A stretch of DNA of 64,000 nt from Candidatus Nanoarchaeia archaeon (GTDB taxonomy: Archaea; Nanobdellota; Nanobdellia; Woesearchaeales; GW2011-AR4), in assembly GCA_035293285.1 (NCBI GenBank), contig DATDOM010000093.1, positions 36,495 through 100,494 on the forward strand, read 5' to 3'. Positions within the stretch are counted from its first letter, which is position 1. Each line of letters begins with the position of its first letter. Positions 46,975 to 57,689 of the stretch are shown here, one piece after another. A model generated the notes under the pieces. The model had not been told where the DNA came from, searched no databases, and worked only from the letters and a program-made list of their open reading frames with translations. A program made the position numbers and the translations under genes.

Positions 46975-49269
46975 TTAAGAACCTGATTTTAAATCACTTT
47001 TTCTGAATCTGCCAAAAAATGCAAGAGAAAGAAGCACTAAAATCGTTGCAACTGTTATAATTGCGCCATACATAAATGATTTTGGCTTATAGTCAAATTC
47101 CACAATGCTGTCATTTCCGCTGACATAAACTGCGCTGAAAATTCCGTTTGCCCTGTAAATTCTCTTTTCTTTTCCGCTTATGTATGATTTCCAGCCGGGA
47201 TAAATTGAATACTGCTCGCTCATTATTATAAACCCACTTTCCTTTGATTTTACAAAAAGCCTGTCATTTGATTCATATCTGATGTCAAGCGGCCCGGCAT
47301 CTGTTTTTTCTTGCTTAAGGGAGGAAACTGCCTTGGCAAATTTTTCCTCTGATATTTGGCCTTCATTTGCAAATATGTCTGGCAGAATTTTTTTGCCTTT
47401 GTCTTTCATTATTTTAAGCACAGAAATATCAGCCTCGCTTGGTTGTTTTGCAATAACAAAAATATCCATTGCGTTTAGGGCATCCTGCTCCAAATTGGCA
47501 ATGTTATTTTCCATTATTACTATTGTGTTTTTTTCGTCAAAATTTTCATTTAACATCAAAAAATAAGCAATATTCAGTGCATTTTCGTCTCCTAAAACTA
47601 AAATTGCATTTTGGGCCATTCTTGCCCTTGGCAAAAACTTCTCGTTTTTGTAAAGATACGGCCCGTCTGATTTTCTTGGCTGGCAGACTGGATAATCCTT
47701 GTCATAATCTCCGCACTTCTCAAATTTTTTGACAAGTGAAAACCCTGAAATATTAACTGGAGCCTGGGAGGTAAGGTATTTTAAATTGAGAATTCCAAGC
47801 ATCTTGTCGGGCTCGCTTTGAGCAGCGCTCAGGTAAACCGGCATATAGTTGAAATTCCAGACATTGTCATAGCCGTATACCTCTTCAAGACCCAATGGAA
47901 CGGAATACATGTCAGTCCCCCAGTCAATCCCGTTTGTCTCAACCTGGTTAAACCTGAAAATTTCCTTGTCGTTAGCCATATAATTCATTACCTGGTTTTT
48001 TGAAAGAGGATTTCTTACGTCATCAAACATCATTTTTTCAGGGCCGAAAAACATTGCATTTGCCAAAGCAGCCAATGCAAGCAATAAAACCGCAAAATTG
48101 AGGAAATGCTCGCGCCTGAACTTGAATCTTGATTCCACTGCTTTTGACAAGTTTGAAACTCCAATGCCAATGAGGACTGAGAATGGGAAAATGAAAAGCA
48201 CGAGCACCTTGTATGCCCCCCTTATTTTATTTATGAACGGGAAGTATTGCCACAAAATCTGCATGAGGAAGGACTTTGACAAAAGCAAAATCCCAAACAA
48301 CAGGAGCGAAAAAACCAGCAGTATTTTTTTCTTTTTTGCGCTCTGAAATGCAAATAGGAGAAAAACAAATGAAATGCCGAATGTCGCGAAAAGAAGCGGC
48401 ACAGCGTTCATAAGATTGATTGTGCCGTCACCGACAAGGGCTTCGTAGGAAAGCCCTTCTGCCCTGACATTCAGGGTTTTCACCAAATCTATTGAAGGAA
48501 GCAGCTTTATTGCCGACAGCCCAAAAAAAACAAGCGCAAATACAAGCCCGACAAGCACAACCTTGAAAATTCTTTTGAAAATATTTTTCCCGAAAATATT
48601 CGCAGCCATCAGGAGAAAAATGAAAATTCCGGTAAAAATCAGCTCCTGAGCGCTGCCTCCAAGAAGCAAAAGAGAAAATCCAATCCCTGCAAAAACGGAA
48701 TTTGAAGCCCATTTTTTTGAGCTTAATGCAAGAAGCAAAAACAGCAAAATAAAAGGCAAGAATGCGTACACATTTATCACATTCATGTGACCGCTCCACA
48801 CTTCGCTTACAAGATTTCTGTTGAGCATGTACACTAAAGCAGTAATGAACGAGACCTTTGCGTCCTCTTTCATGTAAAAATACATGAAAAGGTACATTCC
48901 AATTCCTGCGAGGATAAAATGGAACATGTAAGCGAGCTTTAATCCCTGCCACGCTGTAGGCGAAAGCATCAGAATTAGCCAGGAGAAATTAAATGCAGGA
49001 AGCTGGGGCTTTGCAAAAAAAGGCATCCCGCCTAATGTATAAGGGCTCCAAAGAGGAATGTGAAACTTTGAAAGCGACTCTTTGAGAACATAAAAGTTTG
49101 AGGCGTGGTACGCAAAATCAGTGCCTGTTTTTGGAATTCCAACATCCCCCCTCATCTGCACCCAATAATTGCCTGAAAAGTAATCACTGAACACAATAAA
49201 CACAGAAATGAATAAAAGAGCAATGAAGAAAATATGAATCTTGTTTTCCCTGATTTTTTGAAGAATCAT
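46975..49269 (-). CDS. Large polytopic membrane protein (YfhO-like / glycan-processing candidate), hypothetical
   Basis: 764 aa, more than 12 hydrophobic helices plus a C-terminal soluble region. Confidence 0.4.
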   Translation of the reverse strand: MILQKIRENKIHIFFIALLFISVFIVFSDYFSGNYWVQMRGDVGIPKTGTDFAYHASNFYVLKESLSKFHIPLWSPYTLGGMPFFAKPQLPAFNFSWLILMLSPTAWQGLKLAYMFHFILAGIGMYLFMYFYMKEDAKVSFITALVYMLNRNLVSEVWSGHMNVINVYAFLPFILLFLLLALSSKKWASNSVFAGIGFSLLLLGGSAQELIFTGIFIFLLMAANIFGKNIFKRIFKVVLVGLVFALVFFGLSAIKLLPSIDLVKTLNVRAEGLSYEALVGDGTINLMNAVPLLFATFGISFVFLLFAFQSAKKKKILLVFSLLLFGILLLSKSFLMQILWQYFPFINKIRGAYKVLVLFIFPFSVLIGIGVSNLSKAVESRFKFRREHFLNFAVLLLALAALANAMFFGPEKMMFDDVRNPLSKNQVMNYMANDKEIFRFNQVETNGIDWGTDMYSVPLGLEEVYGYDNVWNFNYMPVYLSAAQSEPDKMLGILNLKYLTSQAPVNISGFSLVKKFEKCGDYDKDYPVCQPRKSDGPYLYKNEKFLPRARMAQNAILVLGDENALNIAYFLMLNENFDEKNTIVIMENNIANLEQDALNAMDIFVIAKQPSEADISVLKIMKDKGKKILPDIFANEGQISEEKFAKAVSSLKQEKTDAGPLDIRYESNDRLFVKSKESGFIIMSEQYSIYPGWKSYISGKEKRIYRANGIFSAVYVSGNDSIVEFDYKPKSFMYGAIITVATILVLLSLAFFGRFRKSDLKSGS

Positions 49270-49282
49270 TTGAAATTATCGG

Positions 49283-49840
49283 TTATATTTTCTCAAGGTG
49301 GTAAATCGTGTTTATGTGCCAGTAATCTATCACTTTTTTTATTTTGAAAAGGCCTGTCTTTTTGATAATCTTAAGCCATTTCTCTTTCCTGTATTCTGTA
49401 AGGTGGGTGCAGTGCCATTCTCTTCCAAATGTTTTTTCCCAGAAAAACCAGAATAACTTGAAAAATGTAATGTTATTTGGAGTGCTCATCACAAAAGTTC
49501 CGCCTGGCTTAAGCACCCTGTGCACTTCTTTTAGAGCTTTTACGGGATTGCTTACGTGCTCAATGACTTCTATTGCAGTCACAACTTGGAATTTCTTGCC
49601 GGGAAATGGCATTTTCATCATGTCACCTATAGTGAACTTGAACTTAACCTTTCTTGGCTCGATGTCCATTCCCTGCCCGTATCCCAAAAATGTGAGAAAA
49701 CTTCCTTCCTTCATGCAATTGGCAGGCGAGCCGCAGCCGATGTCCAAAAGATTTTTTCCTTTTTCTTTCACAATGACTTTTACTATTGTGTACCTTCCGT
49801 AGTGGTGCTTTTTTCTCAGCCAATTAACAGGGTTATCCAT
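49283..49840 (-). CDS. Class I SAM-dependent methyltransferase
   Basis: LLDIGCGSPANCMKEG motif I, ...VVTAIEVIEHV motif, Methyltransf_11-like. Confidence 0.65.
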   Translation of the reverse strand: MDNPVNWLRKKHHYGRYTIVKVIVKEKGKNLLDIGCGSPANCMKEGSFLTFLGYGQGMDIEPRKVKFKFTIGDMMKMPFPGKKFQVVTAIEVIEHVSNPVKALKEVHRVLKPGGTFVMSTPNNITFFKLFWFFWEKTFGREWHCTHLTEYRKEKWLKIIKKTGLFKIKKVIDYWHINTIYHLEKI

Positions 49841-49910
49841 TTACAGCAGCATCTTATGATTTATTTAAATAATTTACCATTGGGCTTCACCCAAAAATTC
49901 GCTCCGCTCA

Positions 49911-50031
49911 GGTTAGCGGCTTCAAAGTTCACACAACTATTCTTCAAGGGCTGACATTCCCCGGATGGGGCAACCCCCTTGTCATCTTTTTTGTTGTTCG
50001 TTTTTGGAACTTTGACCTGATGCCGCTAACC
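49911..50031 (+). repeat. ~120-nt conserved structured element, family G, copy D
   Basis: Terminal stem ggttagcggc / gccgctaacc, core GGGCTGACATTCCCCGGATGGGGCAACCCCCTTGTCATC. The 3' stem half contains the ATG at 50020 that the ORF track used as a start. Confidence 0.6.
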
Positions 50032-50094
50032 CTTTTTTTGGATGAATCCTCATCATTGCAAAAATATATAAACAATTTAATTCGTAGACCACTA

Positions 50095-52059
50095 ATGCCA
50101 AAATTAAGAAAAATACTGCTTATTGCGCTTACACTAGGAGTTCTTTTTTTCCAGATTGGGCAGATTGACTGGAATTCAGCCTACAGGTCTGACTGGGATG
50201 TGTGCCTTGACTACGTAAAACAGGGAACTCTTTTTTCAGGCCAGCCCCACTGCGCAAGCGGGATAGTCTTGTTTTACACTGCATTCATCTTCAAGTCAAT
50301 ATTCGGCAGCTTTTACCAGACGGCGCTCAGAGTTTTTGTCCTGGCAGTGCTTGCAATAGTGATATATCTTATTTACAGGATAGCCAAGATAGAATCCGGA
50401 AAAGACGATTTTTGGTTCATACTTCTTGTTTCTTTACTGCTTTTGTTTCCGCAGTCAAACACAACCAACCTTGAAAAAATATGGTCGATGCAGTATTTGC
50501 TCATAGGATTTTACTTCCTTTATTACTCAAGACTGAAATTCAGCTGGGCTTTTAGCGGGATTTTTTTTGCCGCAGCAATATTCTCGTCCATGCAGTCTGT
50601 CATAATCCTTGCAATACTTGCTTTTTATTATCCTTTCCACTCGGAGGCCATAAAAATAGTCCTCGGGGAAAAAGCGAAAATGTCCATAAGCCCAAAAAAA
50701 TTTTACCCTCTTCTTAAGGCAATAGCCCTCATACTTCTGGTTTTTGTCATTATATGGATAAGATATCCAAAAATTCTTGACTACAGCCTTCTTGCGCACA
50801 GCACAGACCCGCTTTACGGGTTTTTCGAGGCTGCAGTTCACCTGCTCCCCTCAAAATACCTTGACTCAAGGCTTTTTGTATTATACATAGCAATTTTGTT
50901 TTCAGCCTATGAATTCTTCAAAGGCAAAAAAGTGTTTGCGCTTGCAGGCGGGCTTGGGCTTCTTACAATATTTTATGTAATACACAAGGGGCCCGGAGGC
51001 ATGGGCTTTGGCAAATACACTTTTCCGGCAATTCCTTTTTTCATCATAACACTCGCTTTGGCAAAAAGCAGGCTGAAAAAACACGGCTACAAAAATGCCT
51101 TTTTTTACGCAATCCTGTTTTTTGTGCTTGTTTTTCCGTCAATAGAAGAGCATAAAGTTTCGACTCTTTTGTATGATGACCTTGCAATCACGCTAAAAGA
51201 TTTTCAAAAAGAAGTGGGATACGGAATCCACTTTATCCCAAAGCAGGATAAAAACATACTTTTAGACAGCGCAAACCTGCTTTTGGACTATGATTATCAG
51301 GCAGACCCTTCAAAGATAACTGTTGCAGGAGACACTATTGAGCAGCCTACAATTGATGAATGGTCAGGCCCAAGGCTGCAAAAACTCGGGATAACTGATC
51401 TTTCAAAATGGAAACCTTCAGCCGAGGTTGCTGCGGCTACTGCCCAAAAGCAGGAGGAGGAAATAAACAAAATCAGGTCTGAAATTGAAGAGGGCAAGTA
51501 CAGCCTGATACTTTACGGGCCAAGAGGCAGCTCAACTATGATAGCGCAGGCAATGATGAGGCTTAATTCGAGCGTAACTGCCAAGTACTGCACAATTGTA
51601 TTTCCAAACCTTGAGCATACTCCCCAGACAGGAATGCACATTGCTTATGCCCTGATGTCGAAATCTCAGGATTGCCAGCAGACTGCGCAGAAAATGTTTG
51701 GCTACTACAATAATGCATTTGAGCACATATGCAAAAAAAGCAGGTTTGCCGCAAATAACGTCGTTGCATTCGTTTTTGGCAATTTTTACGGGGTCAATAT
51801 GGGAAAAACGTGCCAGAAAGGCGGAAATTTCATTGAAAATTTCAATCACCATCCATTGTTTCCCCATCACTGGATGCTGGTATTGGGGGTTGTCATACTC
51901 TCGCTTATCGCCTCTTTATACTATGCCCATAAGGACGAAACTGCAACAAATAATTTTAAGAAATGGTGCTGCATTATTATTGCAGTTCTTGTCATAATTT
52001 TTATCTACCTGTTCATAACCGCAAAATCAGACCTTGGATATTTCATGAATTTTGCCTGA
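50095..52059 (+). CDS. Polytopic membrane protein, hypothetical (glycan-cluster associated)
   Basis: More than 12 hydrophobic helices plus a soluble ~200-aa region. Start moved to ATG 50095 (MPKLRKILLIALTLG) because 50020 lies inside the structured element. Confidence 0.4.
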   Translation: MPKLRKILLIALTLGVLFFQIGQIDWNSAYRSDWDVCLDYVKQGTLFSGQPHCASGIVLFYTAFIFKSIFGSFYQTALRVFVLAVLAIVIYLIYRIAKIESGKDDFWFILLVSLLLLFPQSNTTNLEKIWSMQYLLIGFYFLYYSRLKFSWAFSGIFFAAAIFSSMQSVIILAILAFYYPFHSEAIKIVLGEKAKMSISPKKFYPLLKAIALILLVFVIIWIRYPKILDYSLLAHSTDPLYGFFEAAVHLLPSKYLDSRLFVLYIAILFSAYEFFKGKKVFALAGGLGLLTIFYVIHKGPGGMGFGKYTFPAIPFFIITLALAKSRLKKHGYKNAFFYAILFFVLVFPSIEEHKVSTLLYDDLAITLKDFQKEVGYGIHFIPKQDKNILLDSANLLLDYDYQADPSKITVAGDTIEQPTIDEWSGPRLQKLGITDLSKWKPSAEVAAATAQKQEEEINKIRSEIEEGKYSLILYGPRGSSTMIAQAMMRLNSSVTAKYCTIVFPNLEHTPQTGMHIAYALMSKSQDCQQTAQKMFGYYNNAFEHICKKSRFAANNVVAFVFGNFYGVNMGKTCQKGGNFIENFNHHPLFPHHWMLVLGVVILSLIASLYYAHKDETATNNFKKWCCIIIAVLVIIFIYLFITAKSDLGYFMNFA

Positions 52060-52945
52060 TTTTTGCTACTGCCTCACTAAGCCCTTCGTCAATGCTGATT
52101 TTCGGCGCCCACCTGAAATCCTTTTTCATTTTTCCCATATCGGCGCAGCTTCTCTTTATTTCTGCGCCCGTGTTTTTATCTGTTTCATGGACAGTTATTT
52201 TTTTCTTTAGGATAGCCCCGAGCTTTTCGGCAATGTCTTTTATGCTTGTTTCAACTCCCGATCCAAGATTGTAAGTGCCGCTTTTGCTTTCTGAAAAATT
52301 CAAAAACGCGTCAGTGACGTCTTTTGCGTGGATATAGTCCCTTGTTACCGAACAATTTCTTACTTTAATCTCATTTGAATTCAGCGCAGATTTTACAAGA
52401 TGCGGTATTATCCTGTTAGTCTGCGAAGGCCCATAGAGGTTGAATATCCTGAAAACCAGAAAATCAATGCCGTAAAGCTTCGAATATGATTCAATGAATT
52501 TTTCGGCTGCTATTTTTGAGGCTGAAAAAGGCTCAAGAGGCGACAGGGCAGATTCTTCATCTGTCGGCACAACTTTTGCGTTGCCGTAAACTGAGCAGGA
52601 ACTTGCAAAAACAAATTTTTTTATTTCTGATTCCTTGCAAAGCTCGAGAAGATTGACAGTTCCAGTGACATTTGAATCCAGGCACTTCTGGATGTCTGCA
52701 ATGCAGTCATAAATATTTGCAACGGCAGCAAGATGAAACATGCAGGAGGCGCCTTTGACATCATCCTTGAATTCAAGAAGGCTTTTTGAAATATCGGCCT
52801 GCATAATACTGACTGAGCTGTTTTTTATTTCCGGCTGGCGCTTGGCAAAAGCCTTCACTTCCATCCCTTTCTCCAAGAGCCCGCTTACAAGAAACTTTCC
52901 AAGAAATCCCCCAGCTCCGCTAACAACACAGCTCCCTTTGCCCAA
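52043..52945 (-). CDS. NAD-dependent epimerase/dehydratase (extended SDR)
   Basis: VSGAGGFLGKFLVSGLLEKG Rossmann motif, YxxxK; 300 aa. Confidence 0.7.
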   Translation of the reverse strand: MGKGSCVVSGAGGFLGKFLVSGLLEKGMEVKAFAKRQPEIKNSSVSIMQADISKSLLEFKDDVKGASCMFHLAAVANIYDCIADIQKCLDSNVTGTVNLLELCKESEIKKFVFASSCSVYGNAKVVPTDEESALSPLEPFSASKIAAEKFIESYSKLYGIDFLVFRIFNLYGPSQTNRIIPHLVKSALNSNEIKVRNCSVTRDYIHAKDVTDAFLNFSESKSGTYNLGSGVETSIKDIAEKLGAILKKKITVHETDKNTGAEIKRSCADMGKMKKDFRWAPKISIDEGLSEAVAKIRQNS

Positions 52946-53009
52946 ATTTAATCATTTCCAAAAAAATCAAAAACCTTTAAATATGTTTCTACTTTGCAGA
53001 AAACAATCA

Positions 53010-54455
53010 ATGGAAAGTGTAGTTGTACTTGGTGCAGGCCCTGCCGGGATGATGGCAGGATATGAGTTAAGCAAGCATAAAAAAAAATGCGTGGTTTTTG
53101 ACAAGCAGCCTTTTGTCGGAGGGCTTGCAAGAACTTTAAAATTTGACGATTTTCTGACTGACATTGGCCCTCACAGGTTTTACAGCAAAAAGCCGTACCT
53201 TTACCAGATAATCGAAGAGCTTTTGGGTGACGACTGGATTAAAGTAAACCGCCTTTCAAGATTTTATGTAAACGGAAAATTCTACAAATACCCTGTTGAG
53301 CTCATACCAACCTTAATCGGAGTCGGGCCATACAAGGCATTCAGGATGGTTTTTGACTATTATTTTTCGAGGACAAAGTCCATGATAATCAAGAAAAAAC
53401 TAAAGTCCTTTGAGGATTACGCGATAAACAACTTCGGCTGGACTCTTGCAAAATTCAACATGCTGGATTACACTGAAAAAATATGGGGAATACCCTGCAA
53501 TAAAATGTCGCCTGACTGGGCGCTTCAGAGAATCGGCGGCCTGTCTGTTTATGTTGCAATAAAAAATGCGGTAATGAAAGGAATGCAAGGCAGCAAAAAA
53601 GGCCCGGCAACTCTTGTCGACACTTTCTATTACCCGAAATACGGAGCAGGATTCCTTTACCAGAAAATGAAGGAAAAAATAGAATCGGACGGAAACAAAA
53701 TAATGCTTGATTCTGAGATAGTGAGGGTAAACCACAGGAAAGGAAAGGTAACATCAATCGAGGCAAAGACAAAAGACGGGATAAAAACATTTGAATGCTC
53801 CCACTGCATTTCATCAATTCCAATCACACTGCTTGCAAGAATAATGAATCCTGCGCCCCCAAAGCATGTAATCGAGGCTGCAAAAAAGCTAAAGCACAGG
53901 TCCCAGATATACATCTTCATTGAGCTAAACAAAAAAAGCGTGACAAAGGACAACTGGGTATATTTTCCTGACAAGAACATACCTTTTGGAAGATTCTATG
54001 AGCCAAGAAACTTCAGCAAGGCAATGTCTCCAAAAGGAAAAACTTCTTTGATGGTGGAATACTTCTGCTTTGAAGATGATGAGCTTTGGAAAATGGAAGA
54101 CGAAAAGCTCTTTGACTTTACAATCAAGGAACTTGAAAAACTTGGTTTCATCAAGAGGAAGGAAGTGATAAAGTGCTATTCGCACAAGGAGAGATTCGTC
54201 TATCCGCTCTATACACTTGACTATAAAAAATACGACATAACAATAAAAAAATACCTCAAGTCATTCAAGAATCTTTATTACATAGGGCGGGCTGGCAGGT
54301 TCAAGTACCACGCCCAGGACATAGCGCTTGACACAGGAATATTTGCGGCAAAAAGCATAATTGAAAAAAGAAAATACAACATAGACAATATCGGAGAGGA
54401 GAACGAATACGCGGAAAAAGGCATGATAAAAAACAAAAGGCAGAACCTTGACTGA
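53010..54455 (+). CDS. FAD/NAD(P)-binding oxidoreductase (amine-oxidase/protoporphyrinogen-oxidase-like fold)
   Basis: MESVVVLGAGPAGMMAGYEL...VFDKQPFVGGLART dinucleotide-binding motif. ORF-track start 52740 overlaps the convergent gene. Confidence 0.55.
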   Translation: MESVVVLGAGPAGMMAGYELSKHKKKCVVFDKQPFVGGLARTLKFDDFLTDIGPHRFYSKKPYLYQIIEELLGDDWIKVNRLSRFYVNGKFYKYPVELIPTLIGVGPYKAFRMVFDYYFSRTKSMIIKKKLKSFEDYAINNFGWTLAKFNMLDYTEKIWGIPCNKMSPDWALQRIGGLSVYVAIKNAVMKGMQGSKKGPATLVDTFYYPKYGAGFLYQKMKEKIESDGNKIMLDSEIVRVNHRKGKVTSIEAKTKDGIKTFECSHCISSIPITLLARIMNPAPPKHVIEAAKKLKHRSQIYIFIELNKKSVTKDNWVYFPDKNIPFGRFYEPRNFSKAMSPKGKTSLMVEYFCFEDDELWKMEDEKLFDFTIKELEKLGFIKRKEVIKCYSHKERFVYPLYTLDYKKYDITIKKYLKSFKNLYYIGRAGRFKYHAQDIALDTGIFAAKSIIEKRKYNIDNIGEENEYAEKGMIKNKRQNLD

Positions 54456-54469
54456 GACTTTTAGGCAAA

Positions 54470-56104
54470 ATGAAACTTGACACGGAAAAATTCATCCTTG
54501 TATTTTTCTTCGGGCTGCTCCTTTTTATCGGGCCAGGCACATTATTTGACCACAGAATCCTGCACCCGTTTCCCTATGGCTATTTTTCATCTGATGCCTT
54601 TCAGCACCAGACAAGGGCAGACTGGATAAAGGATGCGGGGAATTTCAGGCACGAGGCAGATTACATATCAAGGGGGCTTCCAAATGCAGCGGCAAGATAT
54701 CCTCCGGTAATTTACCATCTGGCTGTAATGCTTTCTTACAGTTCAGGCATGGAAACTTACGATTCCATTTATTTTGTTGTGATGTTCTTCATGGCGCTTT
54801 CGCCGATTGCAGCATATTTCCTGATAAGAATTCTCAATAAGCAGGTTGCACTGCTCTCACTTCCTTTATCGATATTGATTTTCACCCAGCCCGCGCTTGT
54901 AGGGGTCCTGAACGGACACTGGCCTTCCTTGCTTGCGCAGTCATTTCTTATAGTGTTTGCCTGGTCTGCTGCGAGAATTGAGCTTAGAAACTCCTGGTTA
55001 TTTATGTCCATAATATTCAGCGCAATTTTTCTGACTCACGCATCAGAAGCTGTATTTGGGGGAGTCTTTACAGTATTTTTCTTCACACCTTTGCTTTTAG
55101 CAAGACATGACAAAAATATTTTGAAGAGCCTGTTGGTTTTTGCCGCGCTTACCTTTGCAGTCTGTGCATATTATATTGAGATATTCCTCAATACCTGGAG
55201 AATAACACAGCCCTATGTTTTTGGAATAGAGCCGCTTTGGGACGGCGGATTAGGGATTTACCTGGGCAGTTTTGGATTGCTGCTTGTAATCATTGGAATA
55301 GGATTTTTTCTTTCACTGACAAAATTAAAAGAAATTCATCCGTCTTTTATTTTTGGATATTCAATGCTTTTGGCCGGCTTTATGAATTATGCCGGTTTCG
55401 GCTTCAGGTCGTTTCAGCTAAGGCTGTTCTGGCCGATTTATTTTGCAGTATTTTTTGGTTTTGGAGCATACTTAGCCATCAGATTTTTTTACAAAAATTC
55501 CAGCTTTTACCATTTTTTCGGGCTTTTTGCAGTTTTAACAATAATAATTGCAGGCGTAATCCCGATACCAGGCATTTTGCACTACACTCCATTTCACGAC
55601 AACGGCATAATGAACCCTTACCACTGGAATGCATTAAAATGGATCAGCGAAAAAACAGAGAAAAACGCAAGCATATACTTTTTTTACGGGGTAATCTATT
55701 CACAGGACGCGCTTTTAAGGAACTCAAAAAGAATACACACCCAGGTTGATACGGAAGGCATGCAGAAATCGCTAGACAAAAAAACTATAGAAAGATATTA
55801 CGTTTCTGAAATTCCCGGAGACAACGGAGGCGGAATCAGGCAGAGGCTTGGATTTTTTAATTACATTGACCTTGAAAAAATCCAGCCAAGCGGACATTTT
55901 TTTGGGCCAATGGACATCTGCTCATTTGATTACTTAGTCATAGACAAGCTTCCCCAGCAAGTTCCCCTCATAAATTATAATTTGCTAATCGCATCAGAAC
56001 TTTTAAAAAATGACTTCGTGTCAAAAGTTTTTGAGAATGAAGTAGTGATGGTGTTAAAAAATGGGAAACCTAAAAGCAGCTGCATCAGGGAAACAACTTT
56101 TTGA
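54470..56104 (+). CDS. Polytopic membrane protein, hypothetical
   Basis: 544 aa, ~12 hydrophobic helices. Confidence 0.4.
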   Translation: MKLDTEKFILVFFFGLLLFIGPGTLFDHRILHPFPYGYFSSDAFQHQTRADWIKDAGNFRHEADYISRGLPNAAARYPPVIYHLAVMLSYSSGMETYDSIYFVVMFFMALSPIAAYFLIRILNKQVALLSLPLSILIFTQPALVGVLNGHWPSLLAQSFLIVFAWSAARIELRNSWLFMSIIFSAIFLTHASEAVFGGVFTVFFFTPLLLARHDKNILKSLLVFAALTFAVCAYYIEIFLNTWRITQPYVFGIEPLWDGGLGIYLGSFGLLLVIIGIGFFLSLTKLKEIHPSFIFGYSMLLAGFMNYAGFGFRSFQLRLFWPIYFAVFFGFGAYLAIRFFYKNSSFYHFFGLFAVLTIIIAGVIPIPGILHYTPFHDNGIMNPYHWNALKWISEKTEKNASIYFFYGVIYSQDALLRNSKRIHTQVDTEGMQKSLDKKTIERYYVSEIPGDNGGGIRQRLGFFNYIDLEKIQPSGHFFGPMDICSFDYLVIDKLPQQVPLINYNLLIASELLKNDFVSKVFENEVVMVLKNGKPKSSCIRETTF

Positions 56105-56453
56105 ACTATTAAAAAGAGAATTGCTTTATCTGGCAGCCTGCGCACTAATAATTATTGCCCTGTTCAAAATCGCCTTTTTTAACGAGAGCTTAATCTCAAC
56201 AATAAAAACTGCAATTTCAGTTTTTTGGCTTTTTATGATTCCTGGTTACTTTATCATGCTTTATTGGAACCAAAAACTTGGCTTTACAGAGAGACTTGTC
56301 ATAGGCACAATAATGGGGGCAGCCCTTATTGGAGTGATGAGTTACTATTTTGGGCTGCTCGGAGTTAACATCAAGTTTCATTCACTATTTCTCCCAATAG
56401 CCGTGATTTTGATTTCCCTGGCTTTGAATCTATTGGGCATAAGAAAAGTTTAA
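56061..56453 (+). CDS. Small membrane protein, hypothetical
   Basis: 130 aa with four hydrophobic helices. Overlaps the upstream gene by 44 nt, so the true start may be later. Confidence 0.3.
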   Translation: MGNLKAAASGKQLFELLKRELLYLAACALIIIALFKIAFFNESLISTIKTAISVFWLFMIPGYFIMLYWNQKLGFTERLVIGTIMGAALIGVMSYYFGLLGVNIKFHSLFLPIAVILISLALNLLGIRKV

Positions 56454-56477
56454 ATTTAGGCAATGTGAACTTAACCT

Positions 56478-57494
56478 ATGGATATTCTCATAATCAAGCT
56501 GGGTGCAATCGGCGATGTAATAAGGACAACCTGCATATTGCAGGGCCTAAGGGAAAAATATCGGAATTGTAAAATCCACTGGGTGACTGGAAAGGCATCG
56601 CTTGACACAATACTGACAAACTCTCAGATTGATTTAGTTTCCTTAATAGACAAGCCTGCTGATAAAATAAAGAAATCAAGTTATGATTTAGTCATAAGCC
56701 TTGATGATGAGACTGATGCCTGCAGGCTTGCAACCAGAGTGAAATCAAAAAAAATAATCGGGGCTTATATTGAGGACGGAAAGCAGGCTTATACTGATGA
56801 CTCATCCCTTTGGTTTGACATGGGGCTGATTTCACGGCTTGGAAAAGAAAAAGCAGATTTTCTCAAAAGAAAAAACAAACTGACTTATCAGGAGATTATG
56901 TACAAAATACTCAGGCTTAATTACAAAAAACAGCTTCCTTCACTTCATCTTGTCAAAAAAAATCTCGATTTTGCAAAGAAATTTTCAGATTCAAAAAATA
57001 TTTCAAGAAAACACCCCGTGATAGGCATAAACACAGGCGCCGGCGGCAGATGGGAAGGCAAAAAACTTAGCGAGGAAAAGACTGCAAAGCTAATTGACAT
57101 ACTTAAGATAAAATTCCCTTCCTCATCCATAATACTTTTCGGGGGGCCTGAAGAGAAACAAAGAAACAAAAAAATCATTGGACTTACGAGAGCAAAAGTG
57201 ATAGATGCAGGATGCGGTAACCAGCTAATGGATTTTGCGGCACTTGTAAATTTATGCGATTTGATTGTGACAAGCGACAGCCTTGCGCTCCATATTGGCG
57301 TTGCTCTTGGGAAAAAAATTGTCGTATTTTTTGGTCCCACGAGTTCAAGTGAAATCGAATTATATTCTAGAGGATACAAAATAATACCAAAAGTCGGATG
57401 CCTATGCTGTTATAAGTCAAAATGTGACATTCCCCCTGATTATAATGTTGATGAAATAGTAAGTGCGGTAAAAAGATTAGTAAAAGGTGCATAG
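56478..57494 (+). CDS. GT9-family glycosyltransferase (heptosyltransferase-like)
   Basis: MDILIIKLGAIGDVIRTTCILQGLREKY N-terminus typical of RfaC/RfaF-type GT9; 338 aa. Confidence 0.65.
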   Translation: MDILIIKLGAIGDVIRTTCILQGLREKYRNCKIHWVTGKASLDTILTNSQIDLVSLIDKPADKIKKSSYDLVISLDDETDACRLATRVKSKKIIGAYIEDGKQAYTDDSSLWFDMGLISRLGKEKADFLKRKNKLTYQEIMYKILRLNYKKQLPSLHLVKKNLDFAKKFSDSKNISRKHPVIGINTGAGGRWEGKKLSEEKTAKLIDILKIKFPSSSIILFGGPEEKQRNKKIIGLTRAKVIDAGCGNQLMDFAALVNLCDLIVTSDSLALHIGVALGKKIVVFFGPTSSSEIELYSRGYKIIPKVGCLCCYKSKCDIPPDYNVDEIVSAVKRLVKGA

Positions 57495-57689
57495 ACCACT
57501 GGACATTTCCCGACATCAAGTATTTAAATTAAATCTTTCTAATTTAGGAAAAAAGAAACACGCAAAACTGCTAAATAGTGATTTTTGGTCTTTGACACAA
57601 AAATCAATTATGCAGTTTAGCATAACGTTCCATTTTTTCCTTTTATTCCAAAGTTTTGCAAGACTAGAAAACTTTGGAGGTTAATTAAA

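Noticed and set aside
50020-50094. ORF-track start codon at 50020 for the 679-aa membrane protein
   Set aside because: The ATG at 50020 lies inside the 3' half of the terminal stem of family-G copy D (gatgccgctaaccc). The N-terminal 25 residues are non-hydrophobic and unlike the rest, and the ATG at 50095 (MPKLRKILLIALTLG) gives a proper signal/TM start.
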